Below the pieces are notes generated by a model, which ran no database searches, had not been told where the DNA came from, and was given only the letters and a program-made list of their open reading frames with translations. From the IMG/VR virus record IMGVR_UViG_3300035673_000002, positions 8,831 to 72,830 of that record: a stretch of DNA of 64,000 nt. The stretch is one strand, 5' to 3'. Each line of letters opens with the position of its first letter. Position 1 is the stretch's first letter. Below, one piece after another: positions 1-9,383 of the stretch. Position numbers and translations under genes: made by a program. Source of the DNA: a virus (lineage: Duplodnaviria; Caudoviricetes).

Positions 1-46
1 TGTCGCGTCCCTCCGCGCTGATCGTTACCTCGAGCGTCTTCCGCAT
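1..46 (-). CDS. Partial 5' end of probable tail assembly chaperone (MRKTLEVTISAEGRD...), runs off the window
   Basis: ATG overlaps the tail-tube stop (TGATG); position after the tube gene and RK..VTI...GRD start fit this phage family. Confidence 0.55.
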   Translation of the reverse strand, partial: MRKTLEVTISAEGRD

Positions 47-441
47 CAGGCCACCGCCGGCTGGACCGATTCCCACGTGATGCTGAAGGTCTGCGGCTGC
101 AGGAGCTTCTTGGCATCTGGCAGCGGCTTATAGCCGTTTAGGAAGCCCCTGGTCATCGTGAACTTCTTGCCGATCGCCGTGAGCAGGATGACGCCGTTGG
201 CGGGGAAAAGATCGCGCACGGCCTGCTGGGCATTGAACCAGACATCGAAAATATTCGGGATCGATGGCGAGTCCGCCTGGAGTTTGTAGTTCTGCTTGAC
301 GGCGACGGCCACCCAGCCGGCCGAGAGCTTGCCGTCGACGCCCATCAAGAATTCGGCCGACTCGATCGGGTCGGTGTCGTAGACGTCGTCGGCCGCGAAG
401 CCCTGGAGTTGGAGCGGCTTCGCACCGGTGATGCTCGGCAT
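46..441 (-). CDS. Tail tube protein
   Basis: Follows sheath; LQGFAADD..DT..E..MGVDGKLSAG and final ITWE.V.P motifs; GGAGG RBS. Confidence 0.8.
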   Translation of the reverse strand: MPSITGAKPLQLQGFAADDVYDTDPIESAEFLMGVDGKLSAGWVAVAVKQNYKLQADSPSIPNIFDVWFNAQQAVRDLFPANGVILLTAIGKKFTMTRGFLNGYKPLPDAKKLLQPQTFSITWESVQPAVA

Positions 442-471
442 GGTTTTAACCTCCGGGAAAGTGGGCCTCGG

Positions 472-2610
472 TTACTGGACCGCGACTGAGCCCAGGTTGA
501 TCGATTGGACGCTCTCGCCGTCCATGTACCAGAACCGACAGGGCGGCGAGCCGCGGTTCGCGCGCACCGTGGGATCGGCGTCGAGGACCTGGAGATACCA
601 GCCTCGCGTAGAAAGCGTTGGTGCGATGTTCGCATTGGCGTCGGCGTTGACGGCTGCGATCTGGGCGGCCGAGAGCGAGACGCCGGAGCGGAATGCTCCG
701 AAGTTGAGGCCGGCGTTGATCGGCGTCATCAGTGCCGCCTCGATCAGCGCTCGTCCCGCGGCGTTGTAGGGCACGGTGCGCATGTTCACCATCATGATAA
801 TCAGCGCCAACTGGAACTGCGCATTGAGCCAGATCTGATTGATGTAGGTATCGATCCACTTGAACGGGCCGGTCACGGTCCCACGCTGGAAGAGCACGAA
901 GCTCGGATTTGCGGTGCCATACACGCCGTAGAAATTGTACCCGTTGCCGAAGTCTCCCGACGTCTGCGGATTGCCGGCGAGGTTGTGCGCGGCGTTCTGG
1001 TCCGTGATGTCGGCGACCTGGCCGGCCTGCGAGCGGTAGGCCATCGTCGTGCGGCCGTTCGCTTGCGTGAAGTCCACGCTCGCGATCGCGCCCATCAGGA
1101 ACGCGGCCTTGGCATAGGTGGGCGTGGCGATCGGCATGCTGCCGGTGTAGTTCGCCTGCTGGAGCAGGTAGCCGAGGCTCGACGTCGCCGGCACCGTGAC
1201 CGTGCCGCTGAGATCGGTATCCCACGGGACGTAGGCCCAGCGATTGTTCTGTGTCGAGGTCCAAGCCGCGAAGGCGAGCTTGTTCGCGTTGCCGGCGCCG
1301 TTGTCGGGATCGAAGATCGTGGTGAAGCTCGCCCAATTGCGGGTGTTGACCACGAGCCCACTCATGAACGCCGACGGCGTCGTGACGGCATCCGCGCCCT
1401 GCGAAAGCACGGCTCCGAGCGCCTGTGTCAGCGAGAGCGCGGTGGCGAGGCCTCCGGTGGCGTAGGCGATGGTCGAGAGCACTCCGGTGGTCGGCGACGT
1501 GACGACAAACGCCCCGGAAATGCTGTCGAAGGTCACGGCCTGGCCGATCGCCGTGCCGAGCAGCGTCGCCGCGGCCGAGAAGCTCGTCGCGGTCGAGAGG
1601 TCGACGCTGGCGCTCGTGGCCGGCGTGCCGTTGACGACGACGGAAACGTCGTAGTTGCCGGTGATGCTCTCCGAGATCGTGGTCGAGGAGGCCGAGAGCG
1701 TGTAGAGGCCGACGCCGCCGGTAGTGCCGCTCAGCTGGCTCACGACGCGGGAGCTCGCGGCGACGTTTGTGCCGGTGAGCAGCTGGCCGGCCACGATCGG
1801 CGTCGCCGCCGCAACCGTCACCTTGAGCACGCTCGAGAGCGCCGTGATGGCGGTGCTCGCCACCAGCTGCGCCTGGTTGAGCCGATAGAGGCCCACGCCT
1901 CCGGCGGTGCCGCTGATCTGCGAGGATACCGTGGTCGCGGCCACGACGTTGGTGCCGCTGATCGCATCGGTCGCCTGCAGCGAGCCGGAGGTGACCGCGG
2001 TGACGTTGAGCACGGTGCTGGTGGCGGTCAGCGCGTTGCCTGCCGAGGTCGTGACCGCGCTCGTGACGTAGACGCCGGCGCCGCCGGTGGTGCCGCTGGT
2101 CTGCGAGAGGATGCGGGTGCCGGCCGGGACGCCGGTGCCGGCGATGATGTCGCCCGCGGAAATGATGCCGGTGACGGCCGACGTCGTGAGGTTGGTGCCG
2201 GAGCCGGTGCCCGTGAAGGAGGCGCCGACCGAGCCGGTGACCACGCCGCCGATCGAGCCGGTCACCACGGTCGGCTTGATCTGCTGGACGGCCGCAAGCG
2301 CAAGGCCCGTGGCCGCTCCGCGCAGGTAGGCTGCGACGGCCACGGTGGGATATTGCGCCGCCAGCATCGCGCCGGGCTTGACGTTCGAATTGTCGGAGCC
2401 GGCGAAGTAGATATCGGCGAATGCCTTCTCGGCCGAGGCGAGACCGAAGAACGCGCCCACGGGCGCCGCGCCTCCGAACGATGTGGGGGCGCCGACCGGG
2501 ACTCGGGTGCTCTGAGTGAGCAGGAGCCCGTTGAGGTCGATGGCGTCGCCACCAGCTGCGAGCACTGCCGGGTTGACGGTTACGAGATCGCTGGCGGGAA
2601 TCGTGCTCAT
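472..2610 (-). CDS. Contractile tail sheath protein (DUF3383 family) with internal repeated module
   Basis: MSTIPASDLVTVNPAVL start, NWASFTTIFDP, G.F.WID.YINQIWLN, WYLQV..A...R..R.SP motifs. Confidence 0.9.
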   Translation of the reverse strand: MSTIPASDLVTVNPAVLAAGGDAIDLNGLLLTQSTRVPVGAPTSFGGAAPVGAFFGLASAEKAFADIYFAGSDNSNVKPGAMLAAQYPTVAVAAYLRGAATGLALAAVQQIKPTVVTGSIGGVVTGSVGASFTGTGSGTNLTTSAVTGIISAGDIIAGTGVPAGTRILSQTSGTTGGAGVYVTSAVTTSAGNALTATSTVLNVTAVTSGSLQATDAISGTNVVAATTVSSQISGTAGGVGLYRLNQAQLVASTAITALSSVLKVTVAAATPIVAGQLLTGTNVAASSRVVSQLSGTTGGVGLYTLSASSTTISESITGNYDVSVVVNGTPATSASVDLSTATSFSAAATLLGTAIGQAVTFDSISGAFVVTSPTTGVLSTIAYATGGLATALSLTQALGAVLSQGADAVTTPSAFMSGLVVNTRNWASFTTIFDPDNGAGNANKLAFAAWTSTQNNRWAYVPWDTDLSGTVTVPATSSLGYLLQQANYTGSMPIATPTYAKAAFLMGAIASVDFTQANGRTTMAYRSQAGQVADITDQNAAHNLAGNPQTSGDFGNGYNFYGVYGTANPSFVLFQRGTVTGPFKWIDTYINQIWLNAQFQLALIIMMVNMRTVPYNAAGRALIEAALMTPINAGLNFGAFRSGVSLSAAQIAAVNADANANIAPTLSTRGWYLQVLDADPTVRANRGSPPCRFWYMDGESVQSINLGSVAVQ

Positions 2611-2622
2611 GCTCGGTGCTCC

Positions 2623-3351
2623 TTATGGGGGATAGGTGGCCTCGACGGGTACCAATACCACAGGCCCGATGACATCGGCGAATTGCTGCGGCACTGGCAC
2701 GGTCTGGTTTGCCTGCAGCATCGCCTCGATCACCCAGCGATCTTCGTACTGTTGCTGGTCATTAACGAATGGAATTTGCTTGGGATCGTCCGCGTAGAGC
2801 GGCGCCACGGTGCTTGAGAGCGCCTTGAAGAACTGCACCGCGTAATCGTCGCGCATCAGGGTGGAGATCACCTGCGCATTGTCTGCGCTGTTGGGCCCGT
2901 GCACGTCTATCTGCATCACGACCATCGTCTCCTGCATCGCTTGCATGGCGCCGGCGGCCATCGTCTCGCTGGCGACGGTCTGGCCGGGCAGGATGCCGTA
3001 GGTGCCCGCTCCGCCTGGCGGTCCGGAAATCTGCGAGGCGATGACGGTGCCCGCGGTGATGCCGGCGCCGAACAGGTTTCGGCCGACTTGGATGGTACCG
3101 AGCGCGACGGCACTGACGGTCATCGTGGTGCCGGCGATCGACGCGGTGAAGGCGGCATCGTCATAGGTGTCGATGTTGGTCGCGATCCGCCCGCGCCTGC
3201 TCGGCGTCATCATGACGAAATCTATGGCCGCAGGCTCCGACACTCGATTGTCCTGGCCTCCGATCACCTCGACGCCGCTCGGCAGGATGCTGAGCAGGAA
3301 CGAGCGCAGCACCGCGTCGATCGCGTCTTCGTTGGGAGTTGGCGCAGTCAT
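2623..3351 (-). CDS. Neck/tail terminator protein with inserted module
   Basis: GQDNRV.EP, QIDVHGP.S.DNA, YADDPKQ.PF.N.QQQYEDRW motifs; position before sheath. Confidence 0.75.
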   Translation of the reverse strand: MTAPTPNEDAIDAVLRSFLLSILPSGVEVIGGQDNRVSEPAAIDFVMMTPSRRGRIATNIDTYDDAAFTASIAGTTMTVSAVALGTIQVGRNLFGAGITAGTVIASQISGPPGGAGTYGILPGQTVASETMAAGAMQAMQETMVVMQIDVHGPNSADNAQVISTLMRDDYAVQFFKALSSTVAPLYADDPKQIPFVNDQQQYEDRWVIEAMLQANQTVPVPQQFADVIGPVVLVPVEATYPP

Positions 3352-6089
3352 GCTGCCATGTCCAGGAAGGCCGGCGTGTTGTCATTGGCCGCCGGCTCGA
3401 GGTCGCGCTTGAGAAGATACGGCGTCGAGATCGCCTGCTCGAGCGAATTCGGGATGCGCGTGGTGAGCCACAGCGCTGCGCTGATGATGTAGCCGTTCCA
3501 GAACTGCGTTGCGTTCGCGAGCGCTCCGAGGTGGAACGTGGTCACGACAGGCGTCGCCGCCGCGGCCGTGGCGTTGTTCGCGCCATTGAAATAGGCGGAT
3601 TGATCTGACGCAGCCGTGGCTGCGACGATCTTTCCGTTTGCGTTTTGCGCCCACACCGCATTCGGCTGGAAGCCGGAGAACGATCCTCCATTGACTATTC
3701 CCGCCTGCGCCAGACCGATATCGAGCGGCCGGAACAGCACCAGACGGTTTGTATTGGAGGTGTCATCGATCTGGGCAGCGGTTTGGGTGATGCCGTAGGT
3801 CACCGGCGCATTCGGCCTTCCATTGATGAACACCGAGTAGGCGCTCCCGAACGAGAACGTGCCCGTCACCACATCGCCCGGACGCGCCACTGCCGCATTC
3901 GTCGTGCGGATGGGCGAGCTTGCATAGCCGGTGTTCTTGCCGGACGTCCAGGGGCCAACATAGTAGCGATAGGTCACGGTCGGCGTGCCCGAGTAGACGT
4001 GCCGCACGCGCACGAAGGCTTGCGTCGTGAGTGCTGGCGCGACCGCCTGGACCTGGTAGAGCGTCAGCGCACCGGCAGCTTTGTTGATCGCGGTCGAGGT
4101 TCGACTGATCTCGACGTTGCTCGAGTTCCCGAAAAGGACCTCGAGGAAGACGGCGGTGAAGCCCGCATCGTCGGTGACGGTTTGATAGTAGGCTGTAGCA
4201 ACCACCACATCGCCGGGGGCAACGGGCGTGACGCTCGCACCTCCAAACGACGCCTGCGGATTGATATCGTATTCCGTTCCCGCCGGCAGTGCGCCGCCGG
4301 CGAGCGACACGTCGAGCACGTTCTGACCGCTGATCGTTGGAAGCGCCAGCGTGCGCGTCTCGGTCCCGACGTTGCTCGAAGCCCACGATGCACCGCCCAC
4401 GAACGGCAGTGTGCCGGGCGATCCCGCAACGGCTCCGGCGACAGTCGGAGCGCCGAGAAGCTGGGACGTGACGCCCGCCTCGATCTGCGGCCAACCGAGC
4501 CGCACGATGATGAAGGTATTGGTCGTTGCTGATGGCTGGACGAAGAACACAGGCCGCGTCGTCGCGACGGTCGCGTCGGTGATGGTCGGCGTGAAGACCA
4601 TCCGGTTCGCACCGATGCCCGCCGCGCTGCCGCTGGCGACTTGGTTCGCATTTCGATAGGTGCCGATGAACGCCGGGCCGGACGCGAAGCTATCCACTCC
4701 GTTGTAGACGGACGCGATATTGGTGGCGGTGCCGAGGGTGCGCCAGAACACGCTCGTCGCCACGATCCCATTGAGAGCGGTCGCAAACTGCCCGCCCGCT
4801 TCGAAGTGAACCCCCTGCTCGGCGGCGGCCGTCGCAAGACCGAAGAAGCACAGATCAAAATACTCGACGCCGTTCTCCGTTCCGTTGCTGACAACTTGGA
4901 TGCCGGTGCCAGTATTGTTGTTGAACACATCTTGGTTTGTGGGCAGTTGTCCGGCGTCCTGCACCGAGACCCTGGTCAGCGTGACGGCTGTGCTCGCGGT
5001 CGAGTTCACGAATGAGATAAAGCTCGTCGTCGATCCAGCCACGAACTGGAAGCGCTTTCCGATCCCCATTCCGGAACTGACATTGAGCAGCGTGCTCCCG
5101 GCAACCGCCGTTCCGACGCGCACCGTGACGGACGTGCCGCCACTGGCGTCGATTGAAAGGTTGTAAGTGTGGCCAGCAATCGTCGTGAGCGCCGTCGTGC
5201 CCTGGAAGTTCGCCGCGTTGCCACTGCCATCCGCCGTGAGGACCACGTTCGGATTGGAGTAGGTCACGGTCGATGTGCCGCCCACTATGTTCCACTGCCA
5301 TCCGTTCTGCGGCGTGTTCTGCGAGGCGTTGATCGGGCTCGAAACAAAGTTGCCGTTCGTCACCAACTCGGCAATGACCGAGGTGCCCTGGAGGATAACC
5401 GGGCTGGCAGTGTTGCGCCCGAAGCGGAGCCATGTCGTCGCGCCCGAGGCGGTGAACTGCAATCGAAAGAAATTGGCTCCGCTGGTGTTGAGCAGATCGT
5501 GAGCGCCTTGAGTGGTGCCAACCTCGACATTGACGTTTGCGCCCGAGGTAAATCCGCTGACGTTGTAGGTCGCGCCAGGAGCAGTGACCATCGACTGCTC
5601 GGCGAAGGCCTCGTTGGTACCGTCTCCGGTCAGCGTCAGTTGCGCCGCCCCGAAGACGACGGTGCCGGTGCCACCGCTCAGACCTGTGGTCCATGTGCTG
5701 GTGTCGTAGAATAAGCCGTTGGCGATCAACGTAGGCGCGACGACGATCCCCTGCGCCGAGTTGTTGCGGATGCCGTTGGTGGCGGGCTGCTCGATCAGCG
5801 CGCCTTTATTCGTGTAGCAGAGCGTGTTCGACGGGACCTGACCCCAATTTCCCGCGGTGTCATCGCAGGCCTTTGGCAGCGCGCGGACGGTGGTCAGCGG
5901 GCAATTGAAAAGCTGCCCGGTCGAGAAGAAGCATCCGACCGACGCGCTCTGGAAACCACTCGGCAAGCGGTTGGCTCCGCCGAGGATCGCCACGCCCTGG
6001 GTCTGCGGCTGGACCGGCTGCGCGATCGCTCCGCTCGCCAGGGCGATGGCGAGGAAGGCCGCAAACCATGAGCGCATGAAGGAGCGCAT
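3348..6089 (-). CDS. Large fibre/spike-like protein: signal peptide, head-spike-fibre-like N-domain, two carbohydrate-binding-like repeats, LamG-like C-domain, ANDN C-terminal motif
   Basis: N-term WFAAFLAIALASGAIA|Q; GALIEQPATN; two L..NG.F-initiated repeats; TT.AAVAR..D; beta-rich T/G/S/N composition; alternative start 6077. Confidence 0.65.
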   Translation of the reverse strand: MRSFMRSWFAAFLAIALASGAIAQPVQPQTQGVAILGGANRLPSGFQSASVGCFFSTGQLFNCPLTTVRALPKACDDTAGNWGQVPSNTLCYTNKGALIEQPATNGIRNNSAQGIVVAPTLIANGLFYDTSTWTTGLSGGTGTVVFGAAQLTLTGDGTNEAFAEQSMVTAPGATYNVSGFTSGANVNVEVGTTQGAHDLLNTSGANFFRLQFTASGATTWLRFGRNTASPVILQGTSVIAELVTNGNFVSSPINASQNTPQNGWQWNIVGGTSTVTYSNPNVVLTADGSGNAANFQGTTALTTIAGHTYNLSIDASGGTSVTVRVGTAVAGSTLLNVSSGMGIGKRFQFVAGSTTSFISFVNSTASTAVTLTRVSVQDAGQLPTNQDVFNNNTGTGIQVVSNGTENGVEYFDLCFFGLATAAAEQGVHFEAGGQFATALNGIVATSVFWRTLGTATNIASVYNGVDSFASGPAFIGTYRNANQVASGSAAGIGANRMVFTPTITDATVATTRPVFFVQPSATTNTFIIVRLGWPQIEAGVTSQLLGAPTVAGAVAGSPGTLPFVGGASWASSNVGTETRTLALPTISGQNVLDVSLAGGALPAGTEYDINPQASFGGASVTPVAPGDVVVATAYYQTVTDDAGFTAVFLEVLFGNSSNVEISRTSTAINKAAGALTLYQVQAVAPALTTQAFVRVRHVYSGTPTVTYRYYVGPWTSGKNTGYASSPIRTTNAAVARPGDVVTGTFSFGSAYSVFINGRPNAPVTYGITQTAAQIDDTSNTNRLVLFRPLDIGLAQAGIVNGGSFSGFQPNAVWAQNANGKIVAATAASDQSAYFNGANNATAAAATPVVTTFHLGALANATQFWNGYIISAALWLTTRIPNSLEQAISTPYLLKRDLEPAANDNTPAFLDMAA

Positions 6090-6096
6090 GCTGGCG

Positions 6097-6675
6097 CTAA
6101 TTCCGCAGGAGGCCGAAGCCGACCGAGATGTCGGTTGCGGCGGTGAAGGTGGGAGTTGCTCGCGTCACGAGGCAGGCGAACATAGTCGTGATGTTTATCA
6201 GCGCGTAGGGCATCGCCAGGTTAAGCGCCTGGCCGATCGATGGCGTGCCGAGCGACGTCCAATCCGTGATGTGGACGACGCCGCGGACCTTGTCGAAGTC
6301 GGCGGCGGAGACGGCGATCGCGGTCTTGTCTGTGCATGTGGTCGTGGTCGGGTTGGCGTTGAAAAGCACGAGGTCCATTTGCGTCGTCTGCAGCGATTTC
6401 GAATTCACGAACACCGATTGCAGCAGACCGCTCGTGGCCGGCGCTCCGGCGTAGGTACCGAGCGCGCGCGCCGCTCCTGCGAGCGTCATGAGGCCGCCGA
6501 CCGCGTTGCCGCTGGCGTAGGCCGATCCTGCCGTGACGGTCTGCGGGATCTGCAGCGGGATTTGATTGCCGCCGACTTCGCCGATGTGAAAATCACCTTG
6601 CGCTGCGGCCGGTGCGATGGCCGCGAGCAGCCAGACAGCAGCTGCCACGAGAAATTTCGTCATCATGGGCGTCAT
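6097..6675 (-). CDS. Signal-peptide-bearing jelly-roll-like virion accessory protein (spike-base-like)
   Basis: [19 protein letters not shown]|QG; [10 protein letters not shown] and LDLVLF..NP-type motifs; lies among neck genes. Confidence 0.5.
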   Translation of the reverse strand: MTPMMTKFLVAAAVWLLAAIAPAAAQGDFHIGEVGGNQIPLQIPQTVTAGSAYASGNAVGGLMTLAGAARALGTYAGAPATSGLLQSVFVNSKSLQTTQMDLVLFNANPTTTTCTDKTAIAVSAADFDKVRGVVHITDWTSLGTPSIGQALNLAMPYALINITTMFACLVTRATPTFTAATDISVGFGLLRN

Positions 6676-7253
6676 GCTCCGTTCTGCAGGGTGACGGCGA
6701 CCTTACACCAGTCCGGCCAATATTCGAGCACCAGAACGACCAGCCAGATTTCGCCGTTCGGCCTGGTGATGAGATCGCCGCCTTTGTTGTCCTTGCGCAC
6801 CAGGCCGTCGATCCGGCCGTTGAGATAAATCGCGCGCTTGATGCCCTGGAGGTTGAGCGAGTCGACCTGGTGGAGATCGCTGAAGGTCATCGATTGAACT
6901 TGGCCCGGAACGGTGAGCGCCGATGTCATGGCCTCGCTGCCGACCGTCTGTCCGGTTGGGCTCACCAGATACGTTCCCGCTCCGCCGGTGCCGGTGCCGA
7001 GCGCGACGATCACGGTCCCGGGGGCGACGCCGGGACCTGTGATCGTCTGCCCCACTTTCAGGACGCCGGAAGCCACGGCGCTGACGGTGAGCACGTTGCC
7101 GGCGATCGCTCCGGTGAAGCTCCCGGGCGTGGCGTATTTCGGCGAGCGGGTTCCGCTCCCGGCGGTGGTGTAGCCGACGCTGATCTGCACGCCGAGTTGC
7201 TCGTCCGGGTTTACGGCCGTGATGGCGCCGCGGACGATCTGGTGAAGGTTCAT
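6672..7253 (-). CDS. Head closure / head-tail joining protein with inserted module
   Basis: MNLHQIV.GAI..VNP start, QVQS...DL.Q...LN.QG, WLVV.VLE.WPDWCK end. Confidence 0.75.
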   Translation of the reverse strand: MNLHQIVRGAITAVNPDEQLGVQISVGYTTAGSGTRSPKYATPGSFTGAIAGNVLTVSAVASGVLKVGQTITGPGVAPGTVIVALGTGTGGAGTYLVSPTGQTVGSEAMTSALTVPGQVQSMTFSDLHQVDSLNLQGIKRAIYLNGRIDGLVRKDNKGGDLITRPNGEIWLVVLVLEYWPDWCKVAVTLQNGA

Positions 7254-7268
7254 CGCGCTCGATCGGGG

Positions 7269-8027
7269 TCAGTAGAGGCTGGCGACGGGTCCCACCGCGG
7301 TGGTGAAGGTGCCGGCCGGGGCGAAGGAGACGAAGGTTCCGAAGGTACCGGCGGCCTGGCTTTGGGCGCCGAAGTCGCCGATCGTGTGCGAGCGGAACTT
7401 GTAGCCGACGTTGTTGCACTGCAGTTGGACGTAGTAGGTCGCCGGGCCCTTGGCGGCGTAGGGGGTGGCGAACGGCACGCGCTGGTAGACCGCGGTACCG
7501 GAGGCGGCGGTGGACGCCGAAAGGGCCGCGGCGATCGGCGCTCCGGCGCTGGTGGCGAGGCCGACCTGAATGTTGCCAGCCACGGCGGTCGCGTTGACGA
7601 GCGCGACGCCGGTCACGGTCATGTTCGCCGGGATGAAGAGCTCGGCGACGTAGGTCGTGGTCGCGACGCAGGTGACTTCGGTGCCGTCGGTGATGGCGAG
7701 CGGCTTCCAGTTGCCGGTCATCACCAGGCGCGGCGAGATCGTGAAGCCCGCGGCTGGCCCGATGCCGCCGGTGGGAGTGTACGCTCCGGTGGACGAGAAC
7801 GTGCCGGTGGCCGTCAGATTCGTGAAGGTGCCGGCGACCGGCGTGGTGCCGCCGATCGTCATGTTGTCGATGAGGCCTGGCGCGGCCGGGCTCGTAGTCG
7901 GCGGCGTGAACGGAAACACCTGGTCGCCGATGTTCGTAAAGAACGTCGTGTTGGCAGCCAGGGCGATCGCGTACACGCTGATGAGGGCAGCGCCGGTGAT
8001 GAGTGCCTTGCGAAGCATCGGGATCAT
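7269..8027 (-). CDS. Signal-peptide-bearing fibre-like protein with C-terminal beta-sandwich
   Basis: LRKALITGAALISVYAIALA|A; IDNMTIGGTTPVAGTFT fibre-type motif. Confidence 0.5.
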   Translation of the reverse strand: MIPMLRKALITGAALISVYAIALAANTTFFTNIGDQVFPFTPPTTSPAAPGLIDNMTIGGTTPVAGTFTNLTATGTFSSTGAYTPTGGIGPAAGFTISPRLVMTGNWKPLAITDGTEVTCVATTTYVAELFIPANMTVTGVALVNATAVAGNIQVGLATSAGAPIAAALSASTAASGTAVYQRVPFATPYAAKGPATYYVQLQCNNVGYKFRSHTIGDFGAQSQAAGTFGTFVSFAPAGTFTTAVGPVASLY

Positions 8028-8563
8028 CCTTTCACGTCGTAGTCGACGCTGTTGAGCATGTGGGCAGTCTCGTCGAGCACCTTGGTGGAAACGCCGGCGG
8101 TCGACTCGCCGGCGGCGACGCGTCGTGCCGCCTCGCCCACGGTCTTGCGTGTTACCACGAGCGCCTGGTTCTGCGATTTCATTTTGCGCAGCATGATCGT
8201 GACCGGGCTCAGAGGCGGGGTGTCAGTCTCGATGATTGCTTGCTGCAGCTGGCCGCGGATGCCCTCGCCCAAGCGGCGCAGCGCCTGGTCGGCGTCGTTG
8301 TCGACGGCCTTGAGGTTGGCCTCGAGCGCAGCAGCCCAGCCCGGGCTTTTCGCCGCGACCATGCTCGAGAAAAACGGCCGCGGCGGGATCCTGACTTTCG
8401 GTGCGCCGTAGTTCTGGATCGCCGCCACCATGGCGACCGGCGTGCCGTTGGGATAGGTCGCGTTCTCGAGGAAGCCCACGCGGAGCGTTTCCTTGCGGGC
8501 GAGCTTGTGCGCCAGGACCGCCAGAGCGGCTTCGAATTTGTCGCCGCCTCTGATCGTGGCCAT
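8024..8563 (-). CDS. Neck / tail completion protein
   Basis: LRVGFLENATYP.GTPVA.VAA.Q.YG..IPPRPFF motif; start re-assigned to ATG at 8563. Confidence 0.75.
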   Translation of the reverse strand: MATIRGGDKFEAALAVLAHKLARKETLRVGFLENATYPNGTPVAMVAAIQNYGAPKVRIPPRPFFSSMVAAKSPGWAAALEANLKAVDNDADQALRRLGEGIRGQLQQAIIETDTPPLSPVTIMLRKMKSQNQALVVTRKTVGEAARRVAAGESTAGVSTKVLDETAHMLNSVDYDVKG

Positions 8564-8639
8564 CAGGCCTCTCCTGGTCGCACGGGCCGCGGCCTCGGGC
8601 TTAGGTGGGGGTTTGGTGCCGAGGCCGTCTTGCGCGTGT

Positions 8640-9356
8640 TCAGCGGGGCTCGTTACCCGGCACGACCGGGTCCGGGTTGTTGGGGTCGGGCTGCCGCGGC
8701 TGCGGATCGCCGGGATCGCGCGGGTTGCTCGCGGCCTGGTCGCCGCTCTGGTCGACGCGCTGGGGCGGGATCGCGCCTGGTGCGCCGGCGTGCTGCGGGG
8801 CGTTTGTGGCGAGCGTCGGCGCGCGGCCGGCCTCATGGGGATTGACGAGGCCCGCCTCATTGGGCCCGGTCTGGGGGCCGACCTGGAGGCGTGGCGTGCC
8901 CCGTGGGCGGCCTAACGGTGGCCGTTCGGTAATCGGGACCATTCCGGATGCCGACGGGTCCAGCGGCCTTCCGCCGGCGCGCTGGAGGCCATAGGAGGTG
9001 GCCAGATCGTCGAGGTCCTGGCCGGAAGCGTTCGAGATCGGGTTCTTGACGTCGTAGGCGGCGTCATCGCCGCCGACCGCCTGGAGCGTGCGGGCGCGCA
9101 GGCTGTCGTCGCTCTCGAGGTCCTGGCCGCCCTCGTACTGGGCACGATCATCGTCCTTGCGCGGGGTCTCGGGCGGCGGCAGCGGCTTGTGGATTTCGTC
9201 ATGCAGCCTTTTCGCGTCGGCGTCTTCCTCGGCCTTCTCGCGCGCGCTGTGCGCCTCCCATTGCGGGAGCATGCCCTGGACGAGCATCGGCTCGACCTTG
9301 GCCTTGAAGGCCATCAACTCGGCGATCTGTTTTTCCATCTTGTCGACGTCGGCCAT
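8640..9356 (-). CDS. Hypothetical protein, Pro/Asp-rich tail
   Basis: GGAGA RBS, fills the gap between adaptor and neck genes. Confidence 0.55.
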   Translation of the reverse strand: MADVDKMEKQIAELMAFKAKVEPMLVQGMLPQWEAHSAREKAEEDADAKRLHDEIHKPLPPPETPRKDDDRAQYEGGQDLESDDSLRARTLQAVGGDDAAYDVKNPISNASGQDLDDLATSYGLQRAGGRPLDPSASGMVPITERPPLGRPRGTPRLQVGPQTGPNEAGLVNPHEAGRAPTLATNAPQHAGAPGAIPPQRVDQSGDQAASNPRDPGDPQPRQPDPNNPDPVVPGNEPR

Positions 9357-9383
9357 GGCCGTTCTCTCCTTGCTTGTGTGGGT

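Noticed and set aside
505-2817. Long antisense ORFs (505..2817+, 36054..38081+, 31231..32505+, 54732..56513-, 47615..49321- and others)
   Set aside because: Shadow frames of high-GC genes: Arg/Gly/Ala-rich, no motifs, fully opposite well-supported genes.
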